DNA of 63,864 nucleotides, counting the filler, from Octopus bimaculoides (Eukaryota): assembly GCF_001194135.2 (NCBI RefSeq). It is 5 parts of 4 records of this genome, joined end to end, with 100 filler letters (N's around TTAATTAATTAA, not from the genome) between each part and the next. Parts side by side here need not be neighbours in the genome. Positions count along the whole stretch, not along the records: positions 56,013 to 63,864 come from NC_069001.1; 4 more parts are not named here. One strand, 5' to 3'. A program made the position numbers and the translations under genes. Under the pieces are notes generated by a model, which had not been told where the DNA came from, did no database searches, and saw only the letters and a list, made by a program, of their open reading frames with translations. This document shows, in pieces, positions 60,993 to 63,864 of the stretch. Positions within the stretch are counted from its first letter, which is position 1. Each line of letters starts with the position of its first letter.

Positions 60993-62429
60993 GTTGTTTA
61001 GTATCACTCTTAAGAGCGGTTGTCAATGTTATACGATTTCCTAACAGACTGTCTCACTTATAGTCGTAAATAAAATTATATAATGAAAATTGTGTGAAGT
61101 ATATTGAACGTTGACTTTTATGAATTATAGATATTTCTTGAAAGATCAACTGTTTCTTGATGCATTCTATTTGAAAGGACAATTGTTTCAGTAATATAAT
61201 TCTTCTGGCTTCCGTTCGTTTTATGAATGTTAATACAACCACAGGTGAAGCCTCTAGCATTTCCATTGTAAACGTAATTGAAATACTAGATGTAGGAATA
61301 TGTTCATAAATGTAACTCTTAATAAATTCATAAGAAGCCTGTTAAAGGCTGGAAATATAATATATGTGCGTTTGAGTGCATTCTTTAAAATTCTTTGGAA
61401 TATAATTCTTGTTCCTACAATTGAAATGCTAACGTTCCTTCAGAGATTATATATCTCTCTCTCAATCATTTTCTGTTTCTTTTGTCTACCTCTGGTGTTT
61501 GAAGAAAAAGGGAGTAACGCATTGTGAAAGCGACACATTCGCTTGTACTTACAGGCTGTGCAATCGGAACGACACTACGACAAATGGTTTCCTAATCTTT
61601 GTCTATTCTCTCTACTTCCTTTTTCTCCGCCTCTGTTACCTACTTGCTTACGTAGTTGCCGTCACCACCATCTAAACATAATCGCTATTGTCGTGATAAA
61701 TATTATCACAAACATTATCCTGACTGTCATAGGCAGCAACGTCTATAACCTCACAATTTTTACACTCCCACTTCTCCAAATTATCTTTTAAAGCGATTTG
61801 TATCAGAATAATTAGAGCGTAGCAGGAAATGAGATGAAATATGTAGTTACGTTCCCTTGTATTCTGATTTCGAAACTCGTGGCCTTCTACTTTGGTTTTC
61901 TTTTCTCTGGAGTGGATGTGATTAAGACATTTTCAAACACTGGGACGACATGCCGTATCGCATGTCATATTACACGCACCATAGTATCAGCGGCGCACAT
62001 TCAGGCAAAAAACAAAAAGTGTTTAACGTATTAACGATTGAGGGAGGTCCGACTCCTCATACAGGATAAGGAAAGATTTTTTAAGACTTTTTTCTTGTTT
62101 TTGAGAAAATCAGTGAATTTTATACGCCATCGAATACGGTTAATCTATCTTATCCTTTCTTTTATGTCTCATTATTTCTTTCATTCAACTAATCACGCAG
62201 TTCAACATTCACTTCATTTTTCAGTTCTGATGGCTGGCCAGTTTCACCTTCATATTACGATGTCGGTATAAATGAAAACTCGGTGATATGCAGGGGCCAT
62301 TAAAACGGTGTTTCATCATATCTCACTATAATAAAGTTGTCTAACAACACAATTATTGTCAACGGATTCAAGAAAATCAACAAAGCCCACACCATATTAC
62401 TATTATTATCCATACTGGTGATACAACGA

Positions 62430-62920
62430 GCTAGCATGCTGTGCAGAAATGCTTCGTAGCATTTCGTCCGCCTTTACGTTTTGCGTTCAAATTCCATCGA
62501 AGTCGACTTTGCTTTTCGTAACTTCGGGGTCGATAAAATGAGTGCCAGTTAAGCACTGTGGTTGATGTAATCGACTAACCACTTCATCCTAAACTGTTGG
62601 CCTTCAGCCAAAATTTGAAACCGTTATTATCTGTACTGGGAATGGCGGCGAAATGACAGAATCTGAAGCATTCTGAACAAAATTGTTAGCGCCAGTTCTT
62701 CTTACGCTTTACGTTCTGAGTTCAAATTCTGCCTAGGTCATCCTAGCATTGCTTGACAACCGAGGCTGGTGTGTTTATGTACCCGTAACTCAGCGGATTG
62801 GCCATACGAACCGAAAGAATAAGTACTAGGCTTACAAAGAATAAGTCCTGGTGTCGATTTGCTCGTCTAAAGGCGCTAGTCCGGCATGGCCGCAGTCAAA
62901 TGACTGAAACAATTAAAAGA
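62430..62920 (+). mobile_element. Family 1 SINE, then a family 1 head fused to a family 2 3' half
   Basis: 62430-62620 family 1; 62643-62735 head and B box; 62750-62920 GCTTGACAACC..GACTGAAAC tail. Confidence 0.8.
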
Positions 62921-63864
62921 ATCAAAGAATATACATATAAAGCAAAAATATCACAAACATTTTTACTCAGAGCTTTACGTTCCTCCTGTTCGTCCGACTG
63001 TCTAGGTTAAGATTGGAGCAAAAATAATGTTATATGTATAAATATACGATTACGTTGAAAGATACATATTGGAAATTGGTCCTTTCAACTAACAGTATTT
63101 TCAATAACCGGTTATATGAAATTAAATGTACGATTAAAATCATATTATTTAAATTGAAGAAAAATTAAATTAAAAAATTAGCTTTAGTAGAAGGAAAAAA
63201 ACCTACTTATGCCCAGGGTAAATTAAATAAATTAATGGTAAAATAAATTAAATTAATTCAAATAGATGTCAGTTTAAAATAAAAGCATTTAAAAAGAACA
63301 TACATCATAAAAATACGTATAGATTTTGTTACACATACACATACCAGAAAACCTATACATACATATGTACACTAAACAGTCACGCTTTGGTACATGCCTA
63401 CATACATATACAAACAAATTCAGGCAAAACATATGTATATAGTAATGTTTATATAGGTATCTACGTAAATATATATGCACATATAATGTGTATTCGTGTG
63501 TATTTCTAGATATACAACTTTGTTGTTAACAAGGTAGAACAAGAAAACGGAGAAGATAAAGAAAATCGGAAAATAATAAATGGTGGCAGAAAGGAAAAAA
63601 AGATAGAGCAAGAGAAAAATAGAAAGAGAATAATAAATAGAGAGAGAAAAATGATTTGGAAGTTGGCGTTGCTAAAACGTATATAACAAATGTTAGATAC
63701 TTTTGTAAGCTTGCAAATGCGTACATAAAACTCACACATATAAAACAGACATGCATATCTATATAAATACATACTTATATAGAGTAGTAATATACATGTA
63801 GACACGCATACATATATACAAATGAACATAAACGTAGATGTTATATATATATATATATATATAT

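Overview
AT-rich, gap-ridden eukaryotic DNA dominated by microsatellites and transposon relics. The SINE, RTE and CR1 repertoire looks like an Octopus (cephalopod) genome; this is an inference from repeat families. No host protein-coding gene could be identified with confidence, and most ORFs in the supplied track are microsatellite or N-gap artefacts. Recognisable content: at least four tRNA-derived SINE families, RTE, CR1 and RLE-type non-LTR fragments, Tc1, mariner and DD37D (maT) transposase relics, several MITEs and foldbacks, and a probable non-autonomous Helitron splitting a CR1. The main story is Penelope-like elements (PLEs) and hammerhead ribozymes (HHRs). (1) A 5'-truncated Penelope (RT + GIY-YIG, 54276-55733, minus) ends in a terminal repeat built from a tRNA-like Pol III head, a microsatellite and a minimal type I hammerhead. 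The same unit occurs twice more as head-to-head, ORF-less copies (12891-13337, 36661-37070). (2) At 58802-58870 (minus) all three hammerhead core segments are intact but lie in an order that is not a circular permutation, suggesting a pseudoknotted or multimer-dependent topology. (3) About seven further unrelated hammerhead-like relics are scattered across the window. All ribozyme calls come from manual folding and are untested.
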